A stretch of 63,991 bases of DNA, counting the filler, from Ionaspis alba (lineage: Eukaryota), in assembly GCA_964255285.1 (NCBI GenBank). It is 11 parts of 11 records of this genome, joined end to end, with 100 filler letters (N's around TTAATTAATTAA, not from the genome) between each part and the next. Parts side by side here need not be neighbours in the genome. Positions count along the whole stretch, not along the records: positions 23,745 to 29,545 come from CAXUUL010000981.1; positions 29,646 to 35,430 come from CAXUUL010000982.1; positions 35,531 to 41,267 come from CAXUUL010000984.1; 8 more parts are not named here. One strand, given 5' to 3'. The notes under the pieces were generated by a model that saw only the letters and a list, made by a program, of their open reading frames with translations, ran no database searches and had not been told where the DNA came from. A program made the position numbers and the translations under genes. Positions 24,163 through 38,944 of this stretch are shown here, one piece after another (position 1 is the first letter of the stretch; every line of letters begins with the position of its first letter).

Positions 24163-27100
24163 ATGGCGTTCGTCGACACGCCGCGCACTGAAGCGGGCAA
24201 TGCAACTTACCTTTCAAACATCCACAACATCAACGACCTATCGGTGGAGAATTCTTTTCTCTCACCACTAAAGAAACCAGATGACTTACTTTCTCAAATG
24301 CGCAACAATCGGGGCGTCAGTTTGAGGACGCCGTCAGTGCGTCCGCCATTTACAGATCGCCGAAACATCCCCGCGCTCGCGTCCCAAGAATTCACGCCAC
24401 TACTGAAGAGTGTTACAAAGCGAAATACTATTCGCGCTGGGAAAGAAAATGCTGTGCCCAACACGCCAGCTTTTCTGAAGGCTGGTTTCCAAGGAAAGGA
24501 GAGCCCCGCACTTCAGGCTCCAGAAAGCTCGGTGCTCTATGGCGATGAGACTGGAAGCTCCGTCAATGGGCAGGATGAGGGAATACCAATGGCGCCAATG
24601 GCAAGTAGTAGCGCCCAGTCGACTCCGCTAGCTGTGCTGCCGAAGCGGAATGGTGACGGCGTGCTGGTTGATCAGGGGAATATGATGACATTGAGGGAGC
24701 AGGAGAATGTGAGTATAGAAGTACAAATCCTGCACGACCAGAAACTGATTTTAGCTTCTAGATTATCGACAAAATTGAGAAAGAGAATTTTGGCCTCAAA
24801 TTGAAGATACACTACCTTGAGGAGCTTCTCAAAAAGGCGGGTCCAGAACTCAATCAGACGGCACTGAAAGAAAACACCACGCTCAAGGTCGATAAGGTCA
24901 CTATGCAAAAGGAGCTATCGCGGACGAAGAAGTTGATGGTTCAGGCCGAGCGGGATTTAGACATCTACCGACAGAGGCTGCAAGAGTCTCAAGAGGATGC
25001 CAATCGGAAGCAAGCTGATGTTTCTCTTAAACAAGAAATTGAGAGTCTTCGCCAGGAGAATCGGGATAAAGATACCGACTTGGCCGATTTGCGAAGACGA
25101 CTGGAGGATGACGAGACTAAAGCGAATAGGGTTGCCGAACTCGAGAACAGGATTGAGGACCTCGAAGCAGACCTCCGGGAGAGAGAACAGGAGATAGACG
25201 AAAGGGACGAGGAACTGGAAGAAAAGGCAGCTCAAGCCTCTGCCAAAGTCGCACAGCTTGAGGAAGATCTCGAGAATGCCAAGGAGCACATAGACGAGCT
25301 CGAAGACCTGCGAGAAAATATCAAAGATCTCCAGGACGAAGTAGAGAGAGCAAACATGAATGCGAAGGAAGCAAAGGAAAACGTCGAAGAGGCTCAGCAA
25401 GCGAAGCGTAAGGCGGAAGACGATCTGGACGAGGTAATTTTGGCTCATCATTCCTGAGATACAATATATATCTGACATCAATTTACTTTAGCTGCGAGAT
25501 GAGATGCAAAATAAATCGTTCAGCACTAAAGGCCTTAGTCGACAACTAGAAGAGAAGGCGAATAAGTTAGAAGACGACCTGGTTGATCTTCGTGAGAAAC
25601 ACACAGATCTAGAGCATCGGCTGATCGAGAAAACAAAGCAAAACAAACGATTGGAAGATACCTTACGAGAGAGCACCGCCGACTCCGAGGTTCGGGAGCA
25701 GAAGTTGAAGGATGATATAGAACTACTTCGCCACCAGCATGAATCAGCTATGCGTAGTCGAGAGCCGTCTGTCGATCAAACACAGAACCTTATCCAGGAA
25801 GTACAAAGAAAGTCCGAAGAGAAGGATCTACTACAGAGTAGGCACGATGCTTTGACGATAGAGTCTCAAAGCCTTCAGCGAGATTTGTCCAAGGCCCAAG
25901 GGTCTATTCGGGAGCTCGAGCAGAACCTCGAAGAAGAGAAACGACATTCCATGGAGAATGACAAGGCTTTGCGAATTGAAGCCAAGGAAGAAATGGATCG
26001 TTTGAACGACGAGGTAGACAACTTTCAGCGCAAGCTAGAAGATGAACGAAGCCGGTCGGCTGCTGATGAAGAACATTGGATGGATCAAATAAAAGGCCTT
26101 CAATTGCAAAAGGAAAAGGCAGAACAGAAAGCAAATGGTCTTCAGCGAACGATTGACAGACTGCAAGAGGTCGAAGGCACTCTTTCTAATCGCGAGATGA
26201 AGATCCAAGAAGCACTCGAGAGTGAGAAGCAAAGACATCAAGATGAGGAAGCACTCCTCCAGCGACAAATCAAGGATCTCGAAGCAGACATTGACAAGAA
26301 GCGAAATGGCTTGGAAGATAATCGATTGGAAATTTTGAGACTGAAGGAGGAGTTGCATGTTAGTCGTCGGGAGCAGACCGCATCTGAAGAGAAGATCCAA
26401 GCTCTGGAGGATGAAATCGATGTGCTTCAAATCAGTCTCGATGAGGAGGCAGACCGTGCGAGGAAAGATCTTGCGGCAGCCCAACAAAAAGTCCAAGAAC
26501 TAGAGAAACAAGTGAGTACTCTACAGCAAGAGTTCTTCCGGGAAGGGCAATTCATACTAATACCCATGCACAGATCCAAACTTTCCAAGAGGATAAGCAG
26601 GAGTCCTATGGCACGAACGATCAGAATGCATCGAAGCTTCGGGACGTTGAGGGGCAATTGCGGTCACTAAGATCAGAGAATGAGGGGCTTCAAGATCAGC
26701 TTGCAAAAACCGAGATAGACTTGCATTCCGTTAGAGCTTCTGCAGTCTCGGCCGAAGCTGGAGGCCACGAACTATCTACCATCCGCCATGACCTATTGAT
26801 ATCGCGCAAAAGGGAAGCCGAGACATTACAGCGAGAAACGACATACAAGGAGACCATTCGCGGTCTAAAGCAAGAGATCTCCAATCTCGAACGGCAGCTC
26901 CACGACATTGAGATATCCAAGCTAAATGTCGACACACCAAAATCGTCCGCTAATGGCTCAATCCGGAAGAATGAAATCGTCGAGGTTAGACGCCAGCTTG
27001 CAGAAGCTCACCAACAAATGAAGGACCTCCGAACCAAAGCAAAGGAGGCAGAAAAAGAACACCTTCGCAAAATTGCCAGTGCAGAGAAGCATGCCCTCCA

Positions 27101-28098
27101 GCAAGCTGAAGACTTTGAACAGCAGCATGATGATCTAGAACAGCAACTGGCTTCTCTCCGGCAAACCCAGGAGTCTCGAGAATCAGCCAATAACGCCGCG
27201 GACAAAACCATATCTCGTCTCCGTACTCGTATCCAAAACCTCGAACACGACTTACAGACCGCTCGGAATGCCCAATCGGACGAGCTCACCATCGCCGAAG
27301 AGCGCAAAGACCTGCACGAAATGCTGAAAGACGCCAAGCTCGAAGCAGAAGACCTGCAAGTCCAGATCTCCGAGCGCGACACCTTAATCCAGGCAGCCTC
27401 ATCCCGCGAAAAAGAGCTGCGCGCACAGATTCAGCGAGTCCGTGACGAGCGCTCCCTACAGCGGCAGAAAGCCACGGCGCTGACTACCGAACTCGACAAC
27501 TTGCAGTTGCGCTACGAGCAGAAAGTCGACGAGGTGGCGCGGCAGCAGCAGGTATGGGAAGAAGAACGTAGAGCTATTGTCTCGCGCGTCCGATTCCCTA
27601 ATGTCTCTGTCAGTAGCTTGCATGGCGAGCAGGCGGCTGAGCTGAAGGCTTTGGAGACGGAAGTAAGGGAGAGCGCGAAGAGGCATGCGGGCGAGCTGAA
27701 GGGGTTGGCGAAACAGATCCAATGGCTGAGAGCAAAGTGTAAACGGGAACAGGGCTTTAGGGCGGGCTTGGCCTTCGAAAAGAAGTTTTTGTTGTTGAAG
27801 ATTGAGATGTTTGAGGCTTGGTATGTCGTCCCCTTCCTTATCTTCATCGTGGTTTCAGATTGCTGATTGATGGAATAGCAATACGGTTGATCTGCATATG
27901 CTCGAGGAGATGGGCGTTACGCCGGATAGGAAGACGAGGGAGAAGAAGCCGACTTTGAAGGCCGTTGCCTTGATGGTTGTCGCGAGTGTGAGGATGCAGA
28001 GGCTTCGGCGGGAGTGGGCAATGCAGAGGAAGTTGCAAGCTGCGTTGGTCAAGAAGGCGGAGCAGGTTAAGAGAAGCTCAAGAAAGAGTGGTGGATAA
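24163..28098 (+). CDS. pcp1: Spindle pole body coiled-coil protein, Pcp1/Spc110/pericentrin-like (CM1 + PACT)
   Basis: CM1 motif TLREQEN|IIDKIEKENFGLKLKIHYLEE, long coiled coil across several introns, and PACT-like end (KCKREQGFRAGLAFEKKFL...KPTLKAVALMVVASVRMQRL). Confidence 0.88.
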
Positions 28099-28481
28099 TG
28101 GGCCACGATACGTTCTCTGATAATTGTGGGTGGTGGCATAGCGAATGCATCATTGGCGTTCCGGTTTGTTGGGCGGGCATGGGCTGCCATACTGCTTTTT
28201 GGGGTTTGCACCATAGCCACGTTCCTTGGCGCTACACACACAAACGGGAGTCATAATCTTTAAATCCCAGACATTCCTCGAATCTTCCATGGCTCCGAAT
28301 TGACAAAATATTGCAGCCGATCTGAGTCGTTGTATCATAGAGTATCACCATGGCCATGCCGGGCACGAAGTCAACTATGGATCAAGCAATCGATTAGCAC
28401 ATACAGCTTGTCCTAGCCAACACATCTACTCTGTATCAGTTGACTGGTCGATCCGTACCACGACTGTGTAGGCAAGAGTGC

Positions 28482-29545
28482 TTAATCCTCTGTATCATGA
28501 TTGGGCTCCTCAATCACAGTGTTGGCATGGGGATTGCTTCGATCACTGATCGCATCATCGATTGATGGAAGATCTGATGTATGAGTCCGTCGAAAGACGC
28601 CTAATTCCACCCATGGCTGCCGCAACGTATTGATGAAATCTTGTACCGTGGGCAGCTGAAAATCCTCTGCGATCTCTGCGGCGTATCTCTCCTTAGCAGT
28701 GGAGAAAAACTGATGGAGATTGGGAAGCAGTTCAATCACGGAGGCGGTTTGAAGTGGACATATGGACGACAGAGATTTGCGCTCAATCTTCCGGAGGAAT
28801 TCCTTGTTATACTTTGCGTCCGACTCCCCAGTTTGTGCTGCTGGACCTGATCTGCTCATCGATGCGTGATTGTCAGGTTGACAGATTTTTCTTAGCACGA
28901 TCTCCAGAGCTGTTTTTCTTCCCGCATAACCTGGAACCTCCAGCAGATTTGTCACTTCCTCGAGCCCGCCCAGGATCAACAATTGGACAATCTCTTCCTT
29001 GTCGGCGGGTGGCTTACTCCAGCCTCGAAGCCTACGTTCAATCTTGCCTGCGTAGGTCGGAGGCCGAAATTTGCGAAGTACCACGGTGCTCAGGAGATTG
29101 AACGTGAGGTTTAGCATTTTGAGCTCTGCGATCCGGTAACGGCTTAACAATGCCCTTTCCGTGACACTGTGTCTCGAGTCAGCGTCGCTGGTGGGCTTCA
29201 CCGCCTTGGCTGGAGAGAATTCGCAATCTGTTTCTGCGAGAGTATCACGATACGCCTCGAGGTAGTAGAAAAGATGGAATAGTGTGGCGAATACATTATT
29301 TCTAATATTAGTGTGACTTGATTCGAATTGCAGCCTGTGAGCGTCCGTAGTACAGCGGTAGATCTTGATAGCGATAAAATCGGCAATGTATTTGGACAGC
29401 TTGCTAACCACTCGCGCTCGGTGACAAAAGGTGTAGTAGAACCCAAAGGTCATCTCTCCCGAGTTCGAAGGAAAGGAATGAAGAGCAGTGGCTTCTATTT
29501 CTTCGTGTTGTAACAGCAATTGTCTCACAAGCACCGACTGATGTA
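28482..29545 (-). CDS. Conserved fungal protein (family often carries an N-terminal F-box), 5' truncated
   Basis: 350-aa open frame entering from the spacer, containing RKFRPPTYAGKIERRLRGW...LLILGGLEEV. The F-box itself is not visible. Confidence 0.6.
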
Positions 29546-32500
29546 NNNNNNNNNNNNNNNNNNNNNNNNNNNNNNNNNNNNNNNNNNNNTTAATTAATTA
29601 ANNNNNNNNNNNNNNNNNNNNNNNNNNNNNNNNNNNNNNNNNNNNGTCCGAGGAGGTGGGCTTGTCCGACACCGTGGCATGTGCATGAGGAGGATGTTGT
29701 GGTGAGCGTTACGGAGATCGGGGCGGGGATGGAGGACATGAGGGAGATGGTCTGTTAGGGGTTTGGAGAGGGGGGTTGGCTTGGTATACATACGACCGGC
29801 CTATTGATACACTTGGTCTTGGCCAGCTTCATAAGAAGTGGCGGCGTTTCCACCCTTGGCGTATAGATGGGTGGCAATGGGCATTGGTAAAGGATCATGG
29901 TGGATACCTGGTGGAGAAACAGCACACATTACTTGGTGTCACGGTCGGCTAATAGGAAACGGCCAGAGGAGATGGCTTCATGGGAGATATCCTCCTGTTC
30001 TGATTCATTGCATACATGATCTTGAAGCAGATTCGATTTACAAAACCACTAATAATCTTATTATTCATTTCGATACTTCTTCTCTATATGAGTATTGAGA
30101 AGTTCACTTCTCACATTTCTTGATTATCCTGATACCCTGATACAGTGTGAATCCGCATTTGACGGAGTGAAAGCCCCCGAATCGCGGAACGTTATTCCAC
30201 TTATAAAGCCGCCCAGTTCCTTCCCATGGCTCCCCAATCTCTAACTCCCACATATAAGAAACCGTATACAACGGGGTAAACATCGACAAGTCTCCACACA
30301 TGATTCTTTATATACCAAACCTGTTCATTCTGATGGCTCTCCAATCAATGACTTACACATACAAATCATACACCACATCAAAATTCTTTAATTAATGTCA
30401 TCCTGCGGCGAGCAACAAAATCTTGAAAGATGAACCCTGATAACGTATCCAAAAGGGTCTCATCACCGCTTCGGCACAATCGAGATGCTCCCTTCAAACA
30501 CTGACCAGGCATCAGTCTGCGATCCAATTCTGATTGAGCTGGACTCATCAGACTGGACGGCCCAGAAGGAGGACAAGCTCAAAAACGCGAGACGGATGTT
30601 AAATACGAGGCCTGAGGGTAGTAGTGCTTGGAGAATTCGGATGACCCAGGTGAGTTATGCAAGAACTTTGAAGATAGAGATAAAGACTTGGAACTGATAC
30701 AGAAAGTCAAGGAGAAAAAGGAGGACACAAGGCGTCGATGGAGATAGATACGAAGGTTGTGGCATTTTATGGTGGAGGGCGTGCTATGGAGAACCTTGCT
30801 CTTGTGGTTCCAAAGTTTTGCGCAGATGCAATGTTTGGAAGGTAATATGCTGCTAATGAGCTTTCTTGAGAGCAGATTGAGACGTTGGAGGAAGAGAAGA
30901 AGCGTGCAAAGAAGAAAGAGGAGGAAGAGAAGGCTCCGCAGAAGGAGAAGAAAGGGTCAAGGGGTTGGGGCGGCGATTGGTGGATGAGAAATGGAAGGCC
31001 ACCGTTACATATGAAAGGGAGGGTCCCAGTAAAGAATGAGATTTTGGAAATGCCACATAGGGAAAGGTAGAATTTCAAGGTCTGGAAGATCAGCCACGCT
31101 CTCGAGAGGTGGCGCAGAGCCAAAAATGCCTTTCGTGCGGACAATATTCTGCTCAGGAAAAGAGCCTCTCGCTGAGACTTGTCGCATCATGTGCGACTGT
31201 GGAGGCGCCTCCTCGGCTCCCTCGCCGCCTCCTGGTCAGACTCATCGAGGCATCCTGTGGATCTTTGAAAGGGAAGGTCTGACAGGAAAAGGGTGGGGGT
31301 ACGGATCAATAGTGTGATTGGGTCCAGAGGACGAGGAAGCAGGAGGAAGTATGTATGTAAGACGGGTAGAGCGGGCCTTTCCCGAGTGCATGCGTATTTG
31401 TATGCGTAATGATGGAAGTGTCGTCGTTCCCAGTGCATGATTGACCTGTCTGGACTCTCGATGCAACGACAAACGCAGTAGGTGTGATAGAAATATTGGA
31501 TTCTTGAGAATTTGCAACCTTCTCCAATGAGATGACGAGTACATTTGTTGATGAGATTCGTGCTCTTTGACGTGAAAGTGGAAGGTGAGGATTTGGAATC
31601 AGATTGGTGATCCGTAAACGATGCTCTGCATACCACCTTGAGTGGTTTCACAGCCATTTGGCCGTGGATCACAGACATGATGCATCGGAGATATATCATT
31701 GGTAGAAACCTGCAGTTTGGTTCAGATTCTCGATGGAGAAATAGATATGTGTTTTGAATCGCATTTGGAAATTGTGATGAGATCTGTGCACATGCATACT
31801 GTGATCGAGCTTGTAAGAACATGTCTTGGAGGAGGGTTCCAATCAGAGGGGAAAGGACAATATTTCAATGCTCAGAGCTACGAATTGAGTTTTCCGGAAC
31901 GGGGAAGTTTTGGTGTCAATAATGGCTGGCGGTTGGCGTCAAATGAGAAGTATCTATCGCCATTACCTGTTTTGACGCGTTAGGAGCAGAGCTCTCCTGG
32001 AAGAATAATCTCCTCGTTTCTCCTCGGAATCCTGATGTCAGTCACCAGATATGTACTCTTTGATAGATGATCATCTACCGTCTTTCCCCTATCTTTCAAA
32101 GCGATCGCGCGAATCATGATGCCGTTCCACCAACAAGAAGTTCGCCCGTGTACAGAGGAGAGGCTGTGATTTCAATGCCGGGTTAAAGCTGCGTTATGTG
32201 GCTTGCTTGCGGGACGTTGCCCCTTGCAATAATCCTCCAAGGTCTTCTTCGTCCTCTCACGCCGGCCGCCGTTCTTGTTCACCACCCATCACGGTCTCTG
32301 AGGAGATGGCCTTCTGCTAACATTTCCCCATCCCGCTTTTCCACAACCACCATGTTTGTTTTACCATCCCCCACTCTTCGCGTGGGATGTAGTTTCTGTC
32401 TGGCAGCTTATCGGCGAGGCTTCTGTGCACTTGTGTCGCCCAACTACTGAGTAGCGACTACTACTGCGACACCAACCTCGGCTCCGAAGAGTTTCGCAAA

Positions 32501-33633
32501 ACGCAGCCGGTTTGGCATGCATCCAGGTTTCGGGGAGTCGGAAGGAGGGTTTTTGGTTCATTGGCAACGTCCTGCATCTTTCACTCAACCCTGTTCACTG
32601 GGATAGTTGAACCTCAAACCTCCTCCTCTTTCACCACCACCACACTCCTGCATTGAGGCACCCGGCACAGCAAAAGCTTACTCTCCAGCCAGGCAAAAGC
32701 CACTCTGGGGGGTTGCCTTGGCTTTCTCGCGTGCAAATGAGTCGTGAATACATCCCCTAGCCTCGCCAGGCCGTTTAACACAATGCCAATCATCCATGAA
32801 GCTTGGGAAGTGGCCGCGTCCGATCCTTCCTATCGCCCACCAGAGGAAAGCGGCCGAAAATCCAATGAATAATAGAGCCGATTCACCATTCCCCTGATAA
32901 GGTGCGCTATTAACATGATACAGTATGCGTTCTCACGGGGCACCCGAGCAGGTCCATTCCAACACAGAATCAAGTTGACTGCAATAATGTGGTTGTACAA
33001 TGTACATGCACACACTGGATGATGCTGGAAGCTCCCAACTCAGGCCATCATGCCGCACACCCACTCACCTGCACTACCACGCCAGTTTTAACCCCCGATC
33101 GCGCAGGGCGGATTTTGACGTGCTTGCGCGCCATGGGGTCTGAGTTTTGAGGGTAGTGCACACTTAGAGCTGTCAGATTGTCGACCGCTAACTACCCTAG
33201 TGCCTACTAATCACTGAGACTGCATGAAGTCTTATCCACTCGCGGACAATACCCATGACTCGATTCCGGGACTCGAGAGCTTGGTCCTGGGCGAACCATC
33301 GCCTCGGACTCGAAATGGTGCCGGCCGGCTCATTTATACTGGCTGTCGTTATCTCTGCCTTGGGCCGTTGAACATGGATCATGCCTTTCGAGTGCTTGTG
33401 ACTTCCAACCCTTCTTCCTCATGCGAAAAGGCTGGATTTGCCCATTTTTCTTATTATGACGACCGCGCATGCGAAACTGTGATGCTGCTTTGGGACATCT
33501 GCCCCTCGTATAGATATCAGTACACTGGCTTCGTGCCTCTTTTCTTCTTTCCTCCTTTCGACACTTTGATTTTCAGGTCGTGATACGTAATTTCATGAAT
33601 ACATGATTCGGATTTCTGTAGTGCTTTGAAACT

Positions 33634-35430
33634 ATGGCTTCTTGGTGGACAGACGACAAAATCAACAATGCTGTCACCAGGCAAGTTGTGACTTCAAAAC
33701 TTGGTTCGAAGTACACGACTGCCTTGCAAGCGCGCCTGGCTTTTGGTGATGGTCTGACCGATGACACATACCTTGACTGGATCCTTGTTCGAGGCAAGCG
33801 ACTGTTTCTCATCTTCAACGACATAGGCTGTCCCGAATATATCTTCGAAGCCATCGACCGATCGTTCGATGATGATGATCTCCCACTATCCCAACAAGCC
33901 ATCTGGGACCTTGACTTATCACGGGGAAAGTCTGAGACTTTGGACAAAAAGTTCTACAAGAGACAGTTCCACTACATCGTTCAAGAGCTAGGGCCAGGGC
34001 GGCATGTGGACTATGGGGACGACGAGATTGTTCCTGTGGAGCCTCTGGCCAAAGGCAAGAACATTCTCACGAACCCTGACGTCGATAGGGTGAATGTTGC
34101 GGGTAGGACATGCATACGGCGCAAAATACCTCTCGGTGGAGACGACGGCATTGACAGAATACATTTCATACTTCATTCCAAAGCCCTACAGAAGCTGAGG
34201 CATCCGCATCTCACCCTGGTATGGGCCACGTACATCCAAGGCGACAATGCCTTCATTCTTCTCACTCCCAGTTGCGACATGACTCTCAAATCATTCCTGG
34301 AAGATCCACCCAAACACTTCAAGCAGCTCGAGAAGCAAGAGAAAAGAGTCATTATCATGCGCTGGATCCATTGCCTCACAGATGCTTTGGCTTATCTCCA
34401 TGACAATGGCTACTCGCATCAAGCCATTCGACCATCGAACATCTTCATCGACAACCAAAACAGCATATACCTCGGCGAATTTCCGGCCCTAAACGGCTAC
34501 CAAGAGCACGACGCACCGTATGAGAAGGAAAGATACGACCACGAGTCTCCCGAACAGTGGCGCCGCAAACCCGTCTTCCAAGACGTCAACGCCTCTCGAT
34601 CCACCATGCACGGCGGTGGCAGAACCATGCGCCGCCTTAGAGAACCAATCCCTCTCAGTCCAACCTCACCCATCCAAGGCGCAGGTCTCAACTCCATGAA
34701 ACCGTCATCACGACCCCAAACAGCCCTGAAAATGGACCTCGCTACCTCTATGGCCATGAACGAAGCCTCCTGCGCCTCCAGCAATCCTAAACGCTCCAAG
34801 CGCTCTTCCCACACCCCAACAGAATCCTCCTTTCCGGAGCACGACTCCTCACGCGTCTCGCACGCACCTTCCTCGGCCCCCACCGAATCAACGTCCGCCT
34901 ATACCTATACCTCCCTGGCCTCAACCGCACCCTCCTCAGCCCCCACCGACCTCACTACCCGCAACAACTCCATGACCCAACACACCTACCCCACAACCCG
35001 CAGCAACTCCATCGCACCCACCACAACCACCACCTCATCCTCCTCCTCCTCCGGCCACTCCACCATCACCAAACGCGCCCTTATCACAACCTTTACCCCC
35101 GCATCCCTCACTTCCCTGCTCCCCTCCGACATCTTCTCCCTCTCCACAATCCATACCCACCTCCTCTCCGCGCTCTTCGCCCTCGCCTCCGCCTCCGCCC
35201 GTTCCTCACGCTTCTCCCCTTCCGCTCTGCGCTCCCATCTCGGGAAAATGAATCGCAATGCGGGTAGGGGAGGTGCGCCGGCGGATTGCTCGTTTCACGC
35301 GAATTTGAACCAGGCGCATGCGTGGTTGGATCGGATCGAGAAGGAGGCGGGGAAGAGAAGTGATAGTGTTTTCTGCGCTGTGCCGCTTGTGGTGGTGATG
35401 GTTCGGAGGGGGTTGAGTCGGGAGGGGGAG
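33634..35430 (+). CDS. Protein kinase-like protein, probable pseudokinase, 3' truncated
   Basis: Kinase-fold elements (LRHPHLTLVWATY, LTDALAYLH..GYSHQAIRPSNIFID, LGEF, SDIFSL) and a conserved N-terminus (FGDGLTDDTYLDWIL). Confidence 0.85.
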
Positions 35431-37237
35431 NNNNNNNNNNNNNNNNNNNNNNNNNNNNNNNNNNNNNNNNNNNNTTAATTAATTAANNNNNNNNNNNNNN
35501 NNNNNNNNNNNNNNNNNNNNNNNNNNNNNNAATGCTCAAAGACTCTTGAGATATGTCCAGCAGCTTACTTATAGTATTAAGAGAGGCTTATCGTTGAACA
35601 GATCTCCGCGTCGATTGAGACTGAAGTGGGTCAAGCTGGTCAAATAGGAACAGGCGGGAATGCGCCTGGATATTCCTGTGTCACAAGCTCACGGTATGAG
35701 GCTGAGGATTGGGTCTTGAGTACCCTTCGTGCTATTATGTCGATCCCGAATCGCGACCGTTCAAGTTCACCCATCGATCGTCTCCTGTTCCTGTTTAGAC
35801 CAGGATAAATTCCTCGAAGTCATCTGCAACCTCAACACATTCGCCCCCGATGAGCCCACTTTCCATCTCTGGCAATGCTCTGGCTAAGTCTGCCGTCTGA
35901 TTTGGACCACAACCTTTCTAGTACAAAAGTTGAGCACTAGATGATGGGGTTCGGACGTCTAATTGGCGGCAGCAATCCGATTTGTTGTTTGGACATTGAA
36001 GAACATACGGTTTCACACCACGTGCAGCTAGGTATTGAAGGATGTACTCTGGTTTTGAATTTTGCCTCAAGACCACCTCTTTTTAGAATTTGGATTAATG
36101 TACCCAGCTCCTGGCTGAGTACTGGATGATGCAGATACTGGTGAACATCGTCATCTTGAACACAAGGGACACGACACCGTGTACCCGGATTTATGGAGAG
36201 TTGAATGATTACCTTGATCGTAAATCCAGGAGATAATCCACTGCCCGAGCCCATCAGTTGACTTCTTCGAAAGCATCATAGACTGAACCCTACAAGACAA
36301 CTCCGTCAGAACCATAATAGAAGTTGTTGGAAGATTATTACTAGATGACAGTATATGTCCATATGCTTGGTAGGGTTGATGTGCCCCCAAGGAGTATAAT
36401 CATTATCGGGAAAGGTCTTATCGCCCTTTGCTGATATGCTGATTTGCTTCCATCGTGACATGAGCCAGTTCTGTTTTCGCTGGTATGCCATTTCTGATCT
36501 CAGTGTCAGGAATGTGGTGGTAGAGTTCTTATGATGATTGCTGTCTATCGTAAAAGAAGTTCATCTATCTTAGAGAAGTATCTGCAAGACACTTAGAGCT
36601 CTGGAGCTTTCTGTAATGCTGACAGTGGAATTATTTGGGACACGCTAAACATCTACGCCCTAATTAAGCGAGGCTTGGCATCTATGTGCTCTCAACCTTC
36701 GTTCTCAAGGACTAAAAGAGTATTAATAATATACGATATATCTTCTCAACCGCATGCGTTTCAGGAATCGAGGAGCCGTCATCGTTATGCTAAAAATGTA
36801 TAACAGACAACATGATAAGAGGTCGTGGAAAGTGAAGATTATGTCACCGACCCTCGCAACCACGGAACCTGTGAAGTGGATCCTTCAGGGACTGGCTGTG
36901 ATGGGTGAAATAGTAATGGAAGAGCTCCATCCGCAATAAAAGGTATAGCTGTGAACATGAAATCCTATTTGATTATCTAGAGTCATACGCAAACTTGTCC
37001 CCTCTAACTCGACAACCCCGCAACCCTCGAGCACATGATCAAGTTCAACAAATCTATCGTCAAGCTTCTGCTCCAAACACCATGTGAACTAACGCTGTGC
37101 CGATACCCGATCTCAAAACGCCCCGCTGAAATGCCACCCTGAAAGACGCGAGACTAGCAACTCCAAGCACAAGTTGCAAGGCAAAACTCCACAATCAATT
37201 TGATGTCAAATAAGATGGATGACCATTCGTCCGAGTC

Positions 37238-38944
37238 CTAGACGTCTGTGACAAGAATGCGAACGATCTCTTTACTTTCGCGACGGAGATCTGCAGCAAC
37301 GGGATAAGGCGCCCGCACAACAGCAGTCTTGTTCTTCTCTCTCTCCATCCAACAGAGCTGGATGGCACCAAAGATAGCCACGATTCCACTTCCCCACCAC
37401 GCAACACCAGTAAAGCCGATACCGGAACCAACGCCGTACAGAAGGCCTGAAATGACGGGTGAGACAGTCCGACAGGCAGCACTAACGGATGCAGCAAGGC
37501 CATTGATCTTGCCCAGACAGGACGGTTTGGGGGAAGCTTCTTTCAGGAGGATGAGAATGACCGGGTAGGCCATGATGGAGAAGAAATTACGGATTGTCAA
37601 GCAAACGTAGATACCAGGAAAGAGGAGATCATCCGGGAGAAGAGCGAGGAAAGGAACCATGAAGTAGGCGATGGGGTGAAGGATCGTGACGAAAAGGAAA
37701 AGCCGCCAGACGCCGAGCCATTCGGCAAAGAGTGGGAACATTATGGCTTGGACGAAGAGTGCAATCAAGCCATTGACTGACATGATGAGGCCTGTTTGGT
37801 GGACGGAGAGCCCAAGTCCGCCTGGAATATCTAGAGCACCGACTGCAAGTACAGATGCTTCCTTGGTCTTATCGTCGTGGAAGAAGATGGGGAGCAGGTG
37901 ATCGTAGGTCATGGTATGATACGTCAGGATACCTAGAGCCACCACGAGCATCACGACGCGTCGGCTGAATACTTTGATCTCTGGTGGAGGATACGGTGGA
38001 GGGTCGCGAGGGGAACCATCCGAGTTGACAGTCCAGGTATGCTCTTCCTGAATATCCACTTGATTGAACGTGCCGTAGGAGTCTGCTCGTAGGTCGACCC
38101 CTGGATTGGCGATTGAACCAGCGGTAGCCATTAGCGGTGTTTGAGCTGCGGTGTGCTCTAGCTCGGCTCGAGTGCTCCATGGCTGCAAATCGGGATGTGT
38201 TTCCTCAAGAAGGAAGTAGCCAGCTAGGATACTCATCAACAGCAGGATCGCGCAAATGAGATTCGGGAGGAGGTAGGGGAATGTTGCAAAAAGACCAGTT
38301 TCGGATCTGCCAGCGAAGATGCCGCCGATGCTGGGCCCGATGACAGTGCCGATGCACCACACGAAGGGCATTACTGCATATGCTCGTGCTGGGAGATGTC
38401 AGCCATTAATAAATTTGACTGGGGGGAATTGTCCCTCACGCTCATGTTCTGGTTTCTTGACAAGCTCTCCGACCATTGTTTGTATGATGGCGATATTCCC
38501 GTTGAGAATCCCGCCCAGGCTTCGTGCGAGAAGGGCGACCCAGAAGTTGGTGGCAAAGCCCATGATCAACATGGAGAGCATTGTTCCCGCACAGCCGAGA
38601 AGCAAGATGGGCTTGCGTCCGACCCTGTCCGACAAGCTACCCCAGTACATTCCGGTGAGGCTCTCGGAGAGGGCGAAAGAGGAGATGAGGATGCCAGCGT
38701 AGAAGGAAGCATCTTTCTCTTCGCCGATGTGGAAGCTCTTGACCATGGGCCAGGCATATGGGAATATTGAGGTGAGGGCGATGGGCTCTGCGACTCGACA
38801 TATTGCTGTAGCGATCCATTAATAAGGACGTTCGGGTGTGACTTGGCCTGGTCGAAGGGGAGAAGACCTACCAAGTAAGAAGAGTTGAGCGGTGGGGAAG
38901 CTGTCCGGGTTGTGGTGGTTTCTTCGCTGAAGTGTCAATAGCAT
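37238..38944 (-). CDS. MFS transporter (YCR023C/ZIFL-like)
   Basis: FPTAQLFLL|AICRVAEPIALTSIFPY; MFS motif A WGSLSDRVGRKP; MPFVWCIGTVIGPSIGG; many TM helices; two introns. Confidence 0.93.

Noticed and set aside
30485..31070. Possible small two-exon Lys/Glu-rich gene
   Set aside because: The obvious splice (GTGAGT..CAG) hits a stop after 14 codons; no coherent model or motif.
35531..36500. Short minus-strand frames with faint resemblance to post-NACHT regions (IQYSARSWVH)
   Set aside because: Too degraded to support by eye; needs a translated search.
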